From: an uncultured Ruminococcus sp.
GTDB lineage: Bacteria; Bacillota; Clostridia; Oscillospirales; CAG-382
Length of the DNA stretch: 64,000 bases
Reading direction: 5' to 3'
NCBI GenBank assembly: GCA_964571635.1
Contig: CAZNCN010000005.1
Span: forward strand, 15,788 to 79,787
The notes under the pieces were generated by a model that was not told the DNA's origin, ran no database searches, and saw only the letters and a program-made list of their open reading frames with translations. The translations under genes were made by a program, and so were the position numbers. Below are positions 16,460 through 24,938 of this stretch, piece by piece. How positions within the stretch are numbered: position 1 is the first letter of the stretch; each line of letters opens with the position of its first letter.

Positions 16460-18739
16460 TCACATATTCTTGAGCGCAGTGCGAATGATCTTGCCGCTGA
16501 TAGTCTTTGGCAGGCTCTCAACAAAGCAGACCCTGCGAGGATATTTATAGGGTGCGGTGTGCGACTTGACATAGTCCTGTATCTCTTTGACAGTCGCATC
16601 GTCACCTGTTTTGCCTTTTGTGAGCACTATAAACGCCTTGACGACCTGTCCGCGGATGTCGTCGGGAACGCCTATTACGGCGCACTCGAGCACATAAGGC
16701 AATTCCATAATGACACTTTCGATCTCAAACGGGCCTATGCGATAGCCCGACGACTTGATGACGTCGTCGGCACGTCCGACAAACCAATAATAGCCGTCCT
16801 CGTCACGCCACGCGGTATCGCCTGTGCGGTATATTCCGTCGTGCTTGACGGCGTTCGTCTGCTCGGGCGACCTGTAATAGCAGTCAAAGAGCCCGCACGG
16901 ATCTTTTGAAGCATCTATCGCTATCTCGCCCGTTTCACCGATGGCACATTCAGAGCCGTCCTCACGAAGCAGCATGACTTTGTATGCAGGTGAGGGCTTG
17001 CCCATTGAGCCCGGCTTGATAGGCTCGCCGTAGAGGTTGCCTATGGTCATGGTAGTTTCGGTCTGACCGAAGCCCTCGGTTATTGTCAGGCCTGTTGCCT
17101 CATAAAATCTGACGAGCACCTCGGGGTTCAACGCTTCGCCTGCCGTAGCCGCATGCTTGAGTGACGAAAAGTCGTATTGCGAGAGATCTTCTTTGATCAG
17201 AAATCTGTATATCGTCGGAGGAGCACAGAATGTGGTTATGCCGTATTTTGCAAACATCGGCAGCATTTTTGCGGCGCTGAAGCGTTCATAGTTGTATACG
17301 AATATTGCACTCTCGCACAGCCACTGACCATAGAGCTTGCCCCAGAGCGCTTTGCCCCAGCCGGTGTCCGATGTGGTGAGATGCAGACCGTTGGGGTCGA
17401 CGTGTTGCCAATAGCGCGCTGTGATGATGTGTCCGAGCGGATAGGTCGCCTTGTGAAGTGCGATCTTTGGGTAGCCCGTCGTGCCCGAGGTAAAGAACAT
17501 GAGCAGGGGGTCGTTTTTTGAGGTATCTTTGCGCTCGAATGTTTCGGAAGCGTTTGCTATGCCGTCGTCAAAGCTGATGAAGCCGTCTTTTTTGCCGCCT
17601 GCTATGATGAGGTGCTTCATCGTGTCGCAATTTGCCGCCGCTTTTGCAGCCTCCGCCGACGATTCGCCGTCATAGGTGCAGACTATCGCCGAAACTCCTG
17701 CGGCATTGAAGCGGTATTCAAAATCTTTCTGCACGAGCTGATCTGTCGCAGGAATAGCGATTGCGCCGAGCTTGTGCAGACCGAGCATCGCAAACCAGAA
17801 TTGATATCTGCGCTTGAGCACCAGCATGACCCTGTCACCCTTTTTGATGCCGAGCTCTTTAAAGAAGCTTGCCGCCTTTGAGGATTCACGCGATATGTCG
17901 CGGAACGTAAAGCGCTTTTCGGTCATGTCGTCATCCACCCAGACCATAGCGGTTTTATTGCCGCATTTGACTGCGAGCCTGTCGACGACATCAAAGGCAA
18001 AGTTGAAGTCTGCGGGAGGGGTAATATCAAAGCCTACGAGCCTGCCCTCTGCGTCCTTGGTCTCGATGCAGAAATCGTGATATATCAGGTCGTCATATAT
18101 GCTTTCTCTTTCTCTGACTTTTGCCTGCTGCTCGTCAATGGCGACAGGCTCAATGTCAAGCTCGGATTCGCCCGCCGACTTGAATACTATCGCCATAAAC
18201 ACGCAGTCTGTGCCGCCGACGGCGATCATTCCGTGAGGATGTGACGAGTCATAATAAACGCTGTCGCCTTCGCTCAGCACTTCGGTGTGGTCGCCGAGCC
18301 TTATTTTGAGCTGACCGCTGATGATATAGTCAAATTCCTGACCCTTGTGCGTAGAGCAGCGTATGGGTTGATCCTGCTCTGAAGCATCGTATTTTGCCGT
18401 GACGATAAACGGCTCTGCCGCACGGTTTTTGAGCATCGGTGCGATGTGGCGGTAATTAAAGCCGACACGCCTCTTGATAGGCATACCATCGCCCTTGCGG
18501 TTGATGTTGTAAAACTTCAGTTTTGGGTCTTCGCCACTTACGAGCTCGGCGATGTCCATGCCGAGTGCGGTCGCACATTTGTATAAAAAGGTAAACGAAT
18601 AGTCGCTGTCGCCCTGCTCGAGCCTCAAATATTCCTGCTCGGTAATGCCTGCCGCAGCAGCCATTTCGGCAGCGGTCTTGTCGGCATTTGTACGCGCCAT
18701 GTGCAGACGCTCGGCTATTAAACGTGTCGCATTTTCCAT
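16460..18739 (-). CDS. Fusion protein: XRE-type HTH + cupin (PuuR-like) N-terminus joined to an AMP-forming acyl-CoA synthetase
   Basis: The start is taken at MENATRL (GGGAAG RBS). The HTH is TAAEMAAAAGITEQEYLRLEQG. The cupin segment is HKGQEFDYIISG...YYDSSHPHG. The adenylation motifs are FFTSGTTGYPK, GYWFVGRADDVIKSSGYRIGP and PKTISGKI. Confidence 0.8.
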   Translation of the reverse strand: MENATRLIAERLHMARTNADKTAAEMAAAAGITEQEYLRLEQGDSDYSFTFLYKCATALGMDIAELVSGEDPKLKFYNINRKGDGMPIKRRVGFNYRHIAPMLKNRAAEPFIVTAKYDASEQDQPIRCSTHKGQEFDYIISGQLKIRLGDHTEVLSEGDSVYYDSSHPHGMIAVGGTDCVFMAIVFKSAGESELDIEPVAIDEQQAKVRERESIYDDLIYHDFCIETKDAEGRLVGFDITPPADFNFAFDVVDRLAVKCGNKTAMVWVDDDMTEKRFTFRDISRESSKAASFFKELGIKKGDRVMLVLKRRYQFWFAMLGLHKLGAIAIPATDQLVQKDFEYRFNAAGVSAIVCTYDGESSAEAAKAAANCDTMKHLIIAGGKKDGFISFDDGIANASETFERKDTSKNDPLLMFFTSGTTGYPKIALHKATYPLGHIITARYWQHVDPNGLHLTTSDTGWGKALWGKLYGQWLCESAIFVYNYERFSAAKMLPMFAKYGITTFCAPPTIYRFLIKEDLSQYDFSSLKHAATAGEALNPEVLVRFYEATGLTITEGFGQTETTMTIGNLYGEPIKPGSMGKPSPAYKVMLLREDGSECAIGETGEIAIDASKDPCGLFDCYYRSPEQTNAVKHDGIYRTGDTAWRDEDGYYWFVGRADDVIKSSGYRIGPFEIESVIMELPYVLECAVIGVPDDIRGQVVKAFIVLTKGKTGDDATVKEIQDYVKSHTAPYKYPRRVCFVESLPKTISGKIIRTALKNM

Positions 18740-18800
18740 GATAAAACTTCCCTTTGATGATTGCCCTGAACATAAAAAACGAATCAAAGCTTATTTTTAA

Positions 18801-18829
18801 AGAATACCATAAACCTTTGCCTGTGTCAA
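18801..18829 (-). promoter_or_regulatory. sigA-type promoter for the HTH-cupin-synthetase gene
   Basis: On the minus strand: TTGACA, a 17-nt spacer, then TATTCT. Confidence 0.4.
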
Positions 18830-19953
18830 GATTTATCGCCTGCGATCGAGCGGAGTATTCGCATAAATTCCTCTGCTTCATCCATAGTGTTATACCTGCC
18901 GATGCTCAGCCTGACGCAGCCGCTTTTGCCTGTGCCGAGCGCACTGTGTGCCGTCGGTGCGCAGTGAAGCCCGGCTCTGACGCAAATGCCGTGTATCGCC
19001 AATAATTCGGCGAGCCGCTCGGGCTGAAACTCCGGCTTATTGAACGCAATAAGCGGCAGATAGTTTTCGCTCTCTCTTTCGGGTGCACCGTAGAGAACTG
19101 CACCTGTGTCTTTGAGCGAGGACAAAAGATAGCGGAATATATCTTTTTCGTTTGTGGGATAAACAAAATCACTGCAAGCGGCAGCTATCGCCGCAGCTCC
19201 GCATATGTTCATCGTGCCTGCCTCGAGCCGCTCGGGCAGGAACTTTGGCATGTTTTTTTCTCTTGAAGCAGTGCCTGTGCCGCCCTCGATGAGCGGTGCA
19301 ATCGAAACGCCGTCTGCCGCTATCAGTGCACCTGTGCCTGTCGGAGCATAAAGCCCCTTGTGGCATGGCAGGCACAAAATATCTGCACCGAGCTCGGCGA
19401 GGTCTATTTTGAAATGTCCTGCTGCCTGCGAAGCATCGACTATCACCGTCAAGCCTCTCGATTTGGCTATCTCTGTCAGCTTTTTGACAGGCAATACTTT
19501 GCCGCAGACGTTTGAGGCATAGGTAAAGCAGACGAGTGAGGTGCGATTTGAGAGTGTCGAAGCAAAGTTTTTAAGTGTCCTTTTGTCGTCGTGCAGGTCG
19601 ACTTCAAAGGTTTTGACACTCTCGAACGCCGCAAAAGACGGTCTGATCACCGCATTGTGCTCGAAGTTGCTGATGATGATCTCTCTTTTGCGTGTTGAAT
19701 TACGGGTTGAAGCGCCCTTGATAGCGAGGTTGAGGGCGTGCGTGGCGTTTTGTGTCAGAACGACGTTTTCGGGCTTTGCACCGAATAATTCTGCAAGCCT
19801 GCTTCGAGCCAGAAACAGCACTCTCGCCGCCTCGTCAGCCGCCTTGTATACGCTGCGGCCGCTGTTGGCACAAGTAATCAGCGCATCGCAAATAGCCTTT
19901 TTGCAGGCAGGGTGCTTTGGAAACCCTGTTGCCGCATTGTCAAAATATATCAT
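18826..19953 (-). CDS. Class-V aminotransferase / cysteine desulfurase family protein
   Basis: 375 aa. The N-terminus is IYFDNAATGFPK and the PLP-lysine context is LPCHKGLYAPTGTGAL. An ATGA overlap links it to the upstream DUF3343-like gene. Confidence 0.8.
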   Translation of the reverse strand: MIYFDNAATGFPKHPACKKAICDALITCANSGRSVYKAADEAARVLFLARSRLAELFGAKPENVVLTQNATHALNLAIKGASTRNSTRKREIIISNFEHNAVIRPSFAAFESVKTFEVDLHDDKRTLKNFASTLSNRTSLVCFTYASNVCGKVLPVKKLTEIAKSRGLTVIVDASQAAGHFKIDLAELGADILCLPCHKGLYAPTGTGALIAADGVSIAPLIEGGTGTASREKNMPKFLPERLEAGTMNICGAAAIAAACSDFVYPTNEKDIFRYLLSSLKDTGAVLYGAPERESENYLPLIAFNKPEFQPERLAELLAIHGICVRAGLHCAPTAHSALGTGKSGCVRLSIGRYNTMDEAEEFMRILRSIAGDKS

Positions 19954-20174
19954 TCACGCACCATCACCTTGCCCAGTATTTTTATTTCGGCACCCTCGAG
20001 TATTCTCTGCGCCGTGCCCTCTGCCGTCGCATCGACCTTGAGCCCATATCCGCAGCCTTTGACCGCTTTTATTGCCGCTTGCCTCGTGAGTTTTGCGTCG
20101 ATGCTGTGCTTTTCCAATAATTCCTGCCCTTTCATTGCATAGGTGACCGAAGTCAAAACAAATATAACAAACAT
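19950..20174 (-). CDS. DUF3343-like small protein (putative S/Se carrier)
   Basis: 74 aa. The pattern FVIFVLTSVTYAMKGQELLEKHSI...KGCGYGLKV matches my recollection of DUF3343. It is translationally coupled to the desulfurase. Confidence 0.55.
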   Translation of the reverse strand: MFVIFVLTSVTYAMKGQELLEKHSIDAKLTRQAAIKAVKGCGYGLKVDATAEGTAQRILEGAEIKILGKVMVRE

Positions 20175-20274
20175 AATACACCTCTTTTTTAACAGTATAT
20201 GTGCTTAAGGTTTGACTTGCAAACAGCGTCTTGATATGGTAAAATATATAAAAATCATTTTTGTGAGGATAATT

Positions 20275-21336
20275 ATGCGCAAAATAGCAATTCTCGGCTT
20301 CGGCACTGTCGGTGGCGGCGTGTTTGATGCCATAAATATAAATTCAAAGCAGATCAAAAGCCGCCTTGGTGACGAAGGTATAGAAATATCGCATATTCTT
20401 GACAGGCGCACCTTCGACGGACATCCGCTTGCTGACAGAGTTACATCAGACATCGACAAGGTGATCTCGGATCCCGAGACAGAGGTCGTCGTCGAGGCTA
20501 TGGGCGGACTGCATCCGGCATACGAATTTACCTTAAAGGCGCTTCGCGCAGGCAAGAGCGTTGTCACCTCAAACAAAGAGTGCGTCGAAAGATACGGCGA
20601 GGAGCTTGAGGCAGAGGCACGCAGGAATAACGCTTCGTACCTCTATGAGGCATCAGCAGGCGGCGGCATTCCGTGCGTGCACACATTGCGGAATTGCCTT
20701 GCATGGGGCAACATCAGGCGCGTTGCAGGCATTCTCAACGGCACGACGAATTTCATTCTGACCAGGATGGCAGAGAGCAAATTGCCGTTCGATGAGGCAC
20801 TCGCCATGGCGCAAAGGCTCGGATTTGCAGAGGCCGATCCCACAGCGGATATATGCGGACACGATGCGGCACGCAAGATATGCATTCTGGGCGGCATCGC
20901 ATGGGACAGATTTATCGGCTATGACCAAATATCGCACGTCGAGGGCATTACAGAGGTGTCATACGAAGATCTCGCAGCTGCCGATGCACTCGGATATGCC
21001 GTCAAGCTTATAGCAATGGCAGAGCGCAGGAATAACGGAATAGTTCTTTCTGTAAGCCCGATGCTGGTGCATAAGGAGCATATATTCGCCTCTGTCGGCG
21101 GATCGTATAACGCAGTCAGCATACTCGGCGAAACCGCCGACGAGGTCGTGCTTTACGGCAGGGGAGCAGGCAGCCTGCCGACGGCAAACGCCGTTTTGTC
21201 TGATGTCATCGAAGCGCTGACGGTGCATCCGATACCTGCATCTCGCACGGGCGATATTGCCGTTCTGACCGAAACACCCGATAATTCCGACACCGTGACC
21301 CTTGCAACAGGCAAAGCCATGAGGGTCTTTGGGTGA
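20275..21336 (+). CDS. hom: Homoserine dehydrogenase
   Basis: The start is at MRKIAILGFGTVGGGV (Rossmann fold, GAGGA RBS). VVTSNKE and GILNGTTNFIL are present, with an ACT-like C-terminus. Confidence 0.85.
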   Translation: MRKIAILGFGTVGGGVFDAININSKQIKSRLGDEGIEISHILDRRTFDGHPLADRVTSDIDKVISDPETEVVVEAMGGLHPAYEFTLKALRAGKSVVTSNKECVERYGEELEAEARRNNASYLYEASAGGGIPCVHTLRNCLAWGNIRRVAGILNGTTNFILTRMAESKLPFDEALAMAQRLGFAEADPTADICGHDAARKICILGGIAWDRFIGYDQISHVEGITEVSYEDLAAADALGYAVKLIAMAERRNNGIVLSVSPMLVHKEHIFASVGGSYNAVSILGETADEVVLYGRGAGSLPTANAVLSDVIEALTVHPIPASRTGDIAVLTETPDNSDTVTLATGKAMRVFG

Positions 21337-21521
21337 TGAATGAAATTGTTGAAGAAAATGATCTGCCAAAGCAAAAGCATCCACGTCTTGACGATTATGA
21401 TTATAGCGCTGTGGGTTCGTATTTTATCACGATATGCACACAAGATCACGCATTGTCGTAGGGCGGGGGCTTGCTCCCGACGAAATGGTTGCAACCATTT
21501 GAATACAGCAGAATAGCAAGC
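21336..21521 (+). pseudogene. Remnant of a RAYT / IS200-like Y1 transposase (COG1943-type): N-terminal ~60 codons with an in-frame TAG
   Basis: The ATG overlaps the hom stop (TGATG). The translation is MNEIVEENDLPKQKHPRLDDYDYSAVGSYFITICTQDHALS*GGGLLPTKWLQPFEYSRIAST. The RL..YDYS..G.YF.TICT block is the conserved N-terminus of this family as I recall it. The rest of the gene is absent. Confidence 0.45.
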
Positions 21522-21560
21522 ACCCCCGATAGATGCGGAATATCTGTCGGGGGTGTTATT
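21521..21560 (+). terminator. Terminator hairpin between hom and hflX
   Basis: Stem cacccccga / tcgggggtg with a 17-nt interior, followed by ttatttctgtttatt. Confidence 0.6.
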
Positions 21561-21565
21561 TCTGT

Positions 21566-22825
21566 TTATTCTATGATATATTTTTTAAACATGCCGCGTG
21601 CACGTTCGTCACATTCGGCGGTAATGATCTGTCCCTCATCGGTGTATTCGCACTCGATGACGCGGGCGAATCTATACATATCAGCGGCTTTTGCACCGTC
21701 CGAATGTGCAAAGAAGTATCTCGCGATCTTTTTGCCCTCTGCGATCAGCGTTTGCAGCCTTGTCAAAAGGTCCTCGACGCCCTCGCCCGTCTTTGCGCTT
21801 ATGCATACCGCGTCGACAGGCAAATAGCCCTCATCGATCTTACAATCGCTTTTGTTATACACCTCTATAAGCGGCTTGTCGCCCGCTCCGAGGTCTGCTA
21901 TCATTTGTTGCGTAACAGCACGCTTGCGTGCCCGCTCTGACTCGGGCTCGCTGAAATCTGTCAGCATTATCAATATGTCGGCATAAACGAGCTCCTCGAG
22001 CGTCGACTTGAACGCTTTGACGAGGTGCGTCGGCAGTCTGTCGATAAATCCGACCGTGTCAGTCAGCAGTATGTCGTTGCCATCGGGCAATTTCATAACC
22101 CTTGTCGTAGGATCAAGCGTTGCGAACAGCTTGTCCTCGGCGAGTATGCCTGCGCCTGTCAGATAATTGATAAGCGTCGACTTGCCTGCGTTGGTATAGC
22201 CTATAATGGCAGCCGAGGGCAATTCTGACCTTTCTCTTGCGGCACGCCTGACAGAGCGGTTCTTCTCGAGCTCTGCAATCTGCTGCTGCAAAAGTGCGAT
22301 GCGTGCTCTGAGCCGCCTGCGGTCTATCTCGAGCTTGCTTTCGCCCGGGCCTCTTGTGCCGATGCCGCCGCCGAGCCTTGACATATCCTTGCCGTGACCG
22401 CTTAGTCTCGGCGCAGTATAGCGCAGGCAGGCGATCTCGACCTGCAATTTGCCCTCGCCTGTTGCGGCGTGCAATGCGAAAATATCCAGTATCAGCATGG
22501 TTCGGTCGATGACTCTTATGCCGAGTGCCTTGCCGAGATTGGATATCTGTGACGGCGTCAGCTCATCATCAAATACGCACAGATCTATGCGCTCGTCAGA
22601 GCGTATAAACTCGTGCAATTCCTCGACCTTGCCGCTGCCTATAAAGGTTGCCTTGTCCGGCGATATACGCGGCTGTATAACTCGTGCGACAGCTATACCG
22701 CCTGCGGTATCAAGCAGCCTTTCGAGCTCGTCGAGCGATCTGTCGCACTCTGCCTGAGTGCGTTCTGCCGTGACTGTGACCAGCACGGCGTATGAAACAT
22801 TTTGGTTTTGTGTTTGTTCGGTCAT
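21566..22825 (-). CDS. hflX: GTPase HflX
   Basis: 419 aa. The G1 motif is GYTNAGKST, G3 is DTVGF and G4 is NKSD. The HflX N-domain is LILDIFALHA. A GAGAGGTG RBS lies upstream. Confidence 0.9.
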   Translation of the reverse strand: MTEQTQNQNVSYAVLVTVTAERTQAECDRSLDELERLLDTAGGIAVARVIQPRISPDKATFIGSGKVEELHEFIRSDERIDLCVFDDELTPSQISNLGKALGIRVIDRTMLILDIFALHAATGEGKLQVEIACLRYTAPRLSGHGKDMSRLGGGIGTRGPGESKLEIDRRRLRARIALLQQQIAELEKNRSVRRAARERSELPSAAIIGYTNAGKSTLINYLTGAGILAEDKLFATLDPTTRVMKLPDGNDILLTDTVGFIDRLPTHLVKAFKSTLEELVYADILIMLTDFSEPESERARKRAVTQQMIADLGAGDKPLIEVYNKSDCKIDEGYLPVDAVCISAKTGEGVEDLLTRLQTLIAEGKKIARYFFAHSDGAKAADMYRFARVIECEYTDEGQIITAECDERARGMFKKYIIE

Positions 22826-22865
22826 ATCTACACCTCTCTTTTCGTGTGCGTTGAGGCAAAAGAAA

Positions 22866-22889
22866 TCGGCGGTGCAAAGGCACCGCCGC
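22866..22889 (-). terminator. Terminator after rpmE
   Basis: ggcggtgc-cttt-gcaccgcc on the minus strand, followed by gatttcttttg. Confidence 0.65.
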
Positions 22890-22903
22890 TTCTGTAGAAT
22901 AGA

Positions 22904-23104
22904 TTACTGAAGGTTAAATCTCTTTTTGAATTTATCAACACGACCGCCAACGTCGACAAGCTTCTGTTTGCCGGTGAAAAACGGATGGCATTTTGAACAG
23001 ATATCAACCTTTATATTGTCTTTGGTAGACATAGTAACATACTCTTCGCCACAAGCACATTTGACAATTGTCTGCTTGTATTCGGGATGTAAGCCTTCCT
23101 TCAT
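22904..23104 (-). CDS. rpmE: 50S ribosomal protein L31
   Basis: MKEGLHPEY...CACG...[10 protein letters not shown]. The start is taken at the internal MKEG (66 aa), not at the upstream ATG of the ORF track. Confidence 0.9.
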   Translation of the reverse strand: MKEGLHPEYKQTIVKCACGEEYVTMSTKDNIKVDICSKCHPFFTGKQKLVDVGGRVDKFKKRFNLQ

Positions 23105-23140
23105 TTTGCATATTACCTCACTTTCGTAGTCAACAGGGAA

Positions 23141-23169
23141 AGTATAGCACACATTTTTGTGTTTTGCAA
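23141..23169 (-). promoter_or_regulatory. sigA-type promoter for rpmE
   Basis: On the minus strand: TTGCAA, a 17-nt spacer, then TATACT. Confidence 0.4.
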
Positions 23170-23188
23170 TAGTTTTTTTCTAAAATCC

Positions 23189-23217
23189 TTGCGTTTTTTG
23201 CGTTTTTTTAGTATAAT
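23189..23217 (+). promoter_or_regulatory. sigA-type promoter for the MBL-fold gene
   Basis: TTGCGT (23189-23194), a 17-nt spacer, then TATAAT (23212-23217). Confidence 0.4.
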
Positions 23218-23249
23218 AGAGGCATCAACTACAGAGAGGACGCATTTTT

Positions 23250-24089
23250 ATGAAACTTACCTATCTCGGAACAGCTGCAGCAGAGGGCTGGCCCGCCGTT
23301 TATTGCAATTGCGACCACTGTGTCAGAGCACGCAAGGCTGGCGGCAAAAATATACGCACACGCTCGCAGGCACTTATCAACGACGATATGCTGATTGATT
23401 ATCCCGGCGATACCTATATGCACGAGCTTCTGCGTGGTTTTGACCTTTCGGCAATAAGGAACATAATCGTCACTCACGCACACCTCGATCATTTTGAGCC
23501 GCTTGACATGCATTTCAGGCATCCCGACTATTATTGCCACAACCGCACATCGGATGTGGTCGACATATACGGCAGCAAGGATGTTGTTGCAAAATACGAA
23601 AGGATGATACGCAAGACCGATTATGACGAGGCAGCCGTCGACGGCACGCATATGCATCTTATCGAAGCATATAAGCCCACTGAGCTTGGCAATTATACGG
23701 TCACCGCCATGAAAGCAAACCACGCACAGCCTCAGGATGCATATGTCTATATCGTCACCGACGGCAAGAGCACGCTTTTGTACCTGCACGACACCGGACT
23801 TTTGTTTGATGAGGTGTATGCTTATCTTGCCGAAAACCACATAAGAGCCGACCTTGTCAGCTATGACTGCACCTATGGCGCTCTGCCTAGCGGCGGCGGA
23901 CATCTGGGGCTCGACTCCTGCCCTGTCGTGAGAGAAAAGCTTAGAGAAATAGGCGTCGTCGACGACAAAACGATCAACGTCATCAACCATTTTTCGCACA
24001 ACGGCAAGCTGATATACGACGAGCTCGTGCCTGTCGCTGCGGCGGACGGATTCCTCGTTTCCTATGACGGAATGCAGATAGAATTCTGA
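23250..24089 (+). CDS. MBL-fold metallo-hydrolase (PhnP-like phosphodiesterase family)
   Basis: 279 aa. The N-terminus has GTAAAEGWPAVYCNCDHC, and the metal motif is THAHLDH. Confidence 0.7.
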   Translation: MKLTYLGTAAAEGWPAVYCNCDHCVRARKAGGKNIRTRSQALINDDMLIDYPGDTYMHELLRGFDLSAIRNIIVTHAHLDHFEPLDMHFRHPDYYCHNRTSDVVDIYGSKDVVAKYERMIRKTDYDEAAVDGTHMHLIEAYKPTELGNYTVTAMKANHAQPQDAYVYIVTDGKSTLLYLHDTGLLFDEVYAYLAENHIRADLVSYDCTYGALPSGGGHLGLDSCPVVREKLREIGVVDDKTINVINHFSHNGKLIYDELVPVAAADGFLVSYDGMQIEF

Positions 24090-24102
24090 TTTTCCAAAAC
24101 AC

Positions 24103-24136
24103 AAAAAGAACCTTTGCTGGAAAGGTTCTTTTTTTA
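24103..24136. terminator. Bidirectional terminator between convergent genes
   Basis: aaaaagaaccttt-gctgg-aaaggttcttttttt. Confidence 0.75.
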
Positions 24137-24143
24137 ATGCAAT

Positions 24144-24938
24144 TTAATTGAGCACCGCTCTGTCGCTGGCAAATTCCTTGCCGCTCGCATTCGAGAAAAG
24201 CTCGAGCAATTGCTCGACAGTGAGGCTCCTTTTTTGCTCGCCCCTGATGTCGAGAATTATTTGGCCCTGATGCAGCATGATCAGCCTGTTGCCGTGATTG
24301 ATGGCGTCACGCATATTGTGGGTTATCATGAGCGTTGTGAGGCGGTTCTCAAAGACTATCTTGTCTGTTATGTCGAGTACCTTTTCGGCGGTTTTGGGGT
24401 CAAGCGCTGCGGTGTGCTCGTCGAGCAACAGCAGCTTTGGCTTTGAGAGCGAAGCCATCAACAACGTGACAGCTTGTCTTTGGCCACCCGAAAGCAGTCC
24501 AACCTTGCTGCTCATGCGATCCTCAAGTCCCAGATCGAGCGATGCGAGCATATCGCGAAATTCGGCTTTTTCGGCACTTGTGATGCCCCATCTGAGCCCG
24601 CGGCTTTTGCCACGGCGCTTGGCGAGCGCAAGGTTCTCTTTGATCTCCATATCTGCGGCAGTGCCCATCATAGGGTCCTGGAACACTCTGCCGAGGTATT
24701 TTGCACGTCTGTGCTCGGGCATTGATGTGACATCCTTGCCGTCAATGATTATCTTGCCGCTGTCGAGCCTCCAAACACCGCATATAGCGTTCATAAGAGT
24801 GCTTTTGCCTGCGCCGTTGCCGCCGATGACAGTGACAAAGTCGCCGTCCTCGAGCGTGAGAGAGAGATCTTGCAGTGCTCTTTTCTCGTTTATCGTGCCG
24901 GGATGAAAGGTCTTGGAAATTCCGCATATCTCAAGCAT
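24144..24938 (-). CDS. ABC transporter ATPase (COG1101 type, partner of a BMP/ABC_sub_bind system)
   Basis: Walker A is GGNGAGKST, the signature is LSGGQRQA and Walker B is LLLDEHTAALD. The start is taken at MLEICGISKTF, overlapping the permease stop. Confidence 0.85.
   Translation of the reverse strand: MLEICGISKTFHPGTINEKRALQDLSLTLEDGDFVTVIGGNGAGKSTLMNAICGVWRLDSGKIIIDGKDVTSMPEHRRAKYLGRVFQDPMMGTAADMEIKENLALAKRRGKSRGLRWGITSAEKAEFRDMLASLDLGLEDRMSSKVGLLSGGQRQAVTLLMASLSKPKLLLLDEHTAALDPKTAEKVLDITDKIVFENRLTTLMITHNMRDAINHGNRLIMLHQGQIILDIRGEQKRSLTVEQLLELFSNASGKEFASDRAVLN

Noticed and set aside
21485-21500. A perfect 16-bp palindrome, aatggttgcaaccatt, considered as a possible operator.
   Set aside because: It lies inside the decayed transposase remnant with no adjacent promoter. 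A single palindrome of this size in 64 kb is not compelling on its own.
23229-24104. 291-aa ORF on the minus strand covering the whole MBL-fold gene.
   Set aside because: The plus-strand frame has the HxHxDH metal motif, an RBS and a promoter. The minus frame has none of these.
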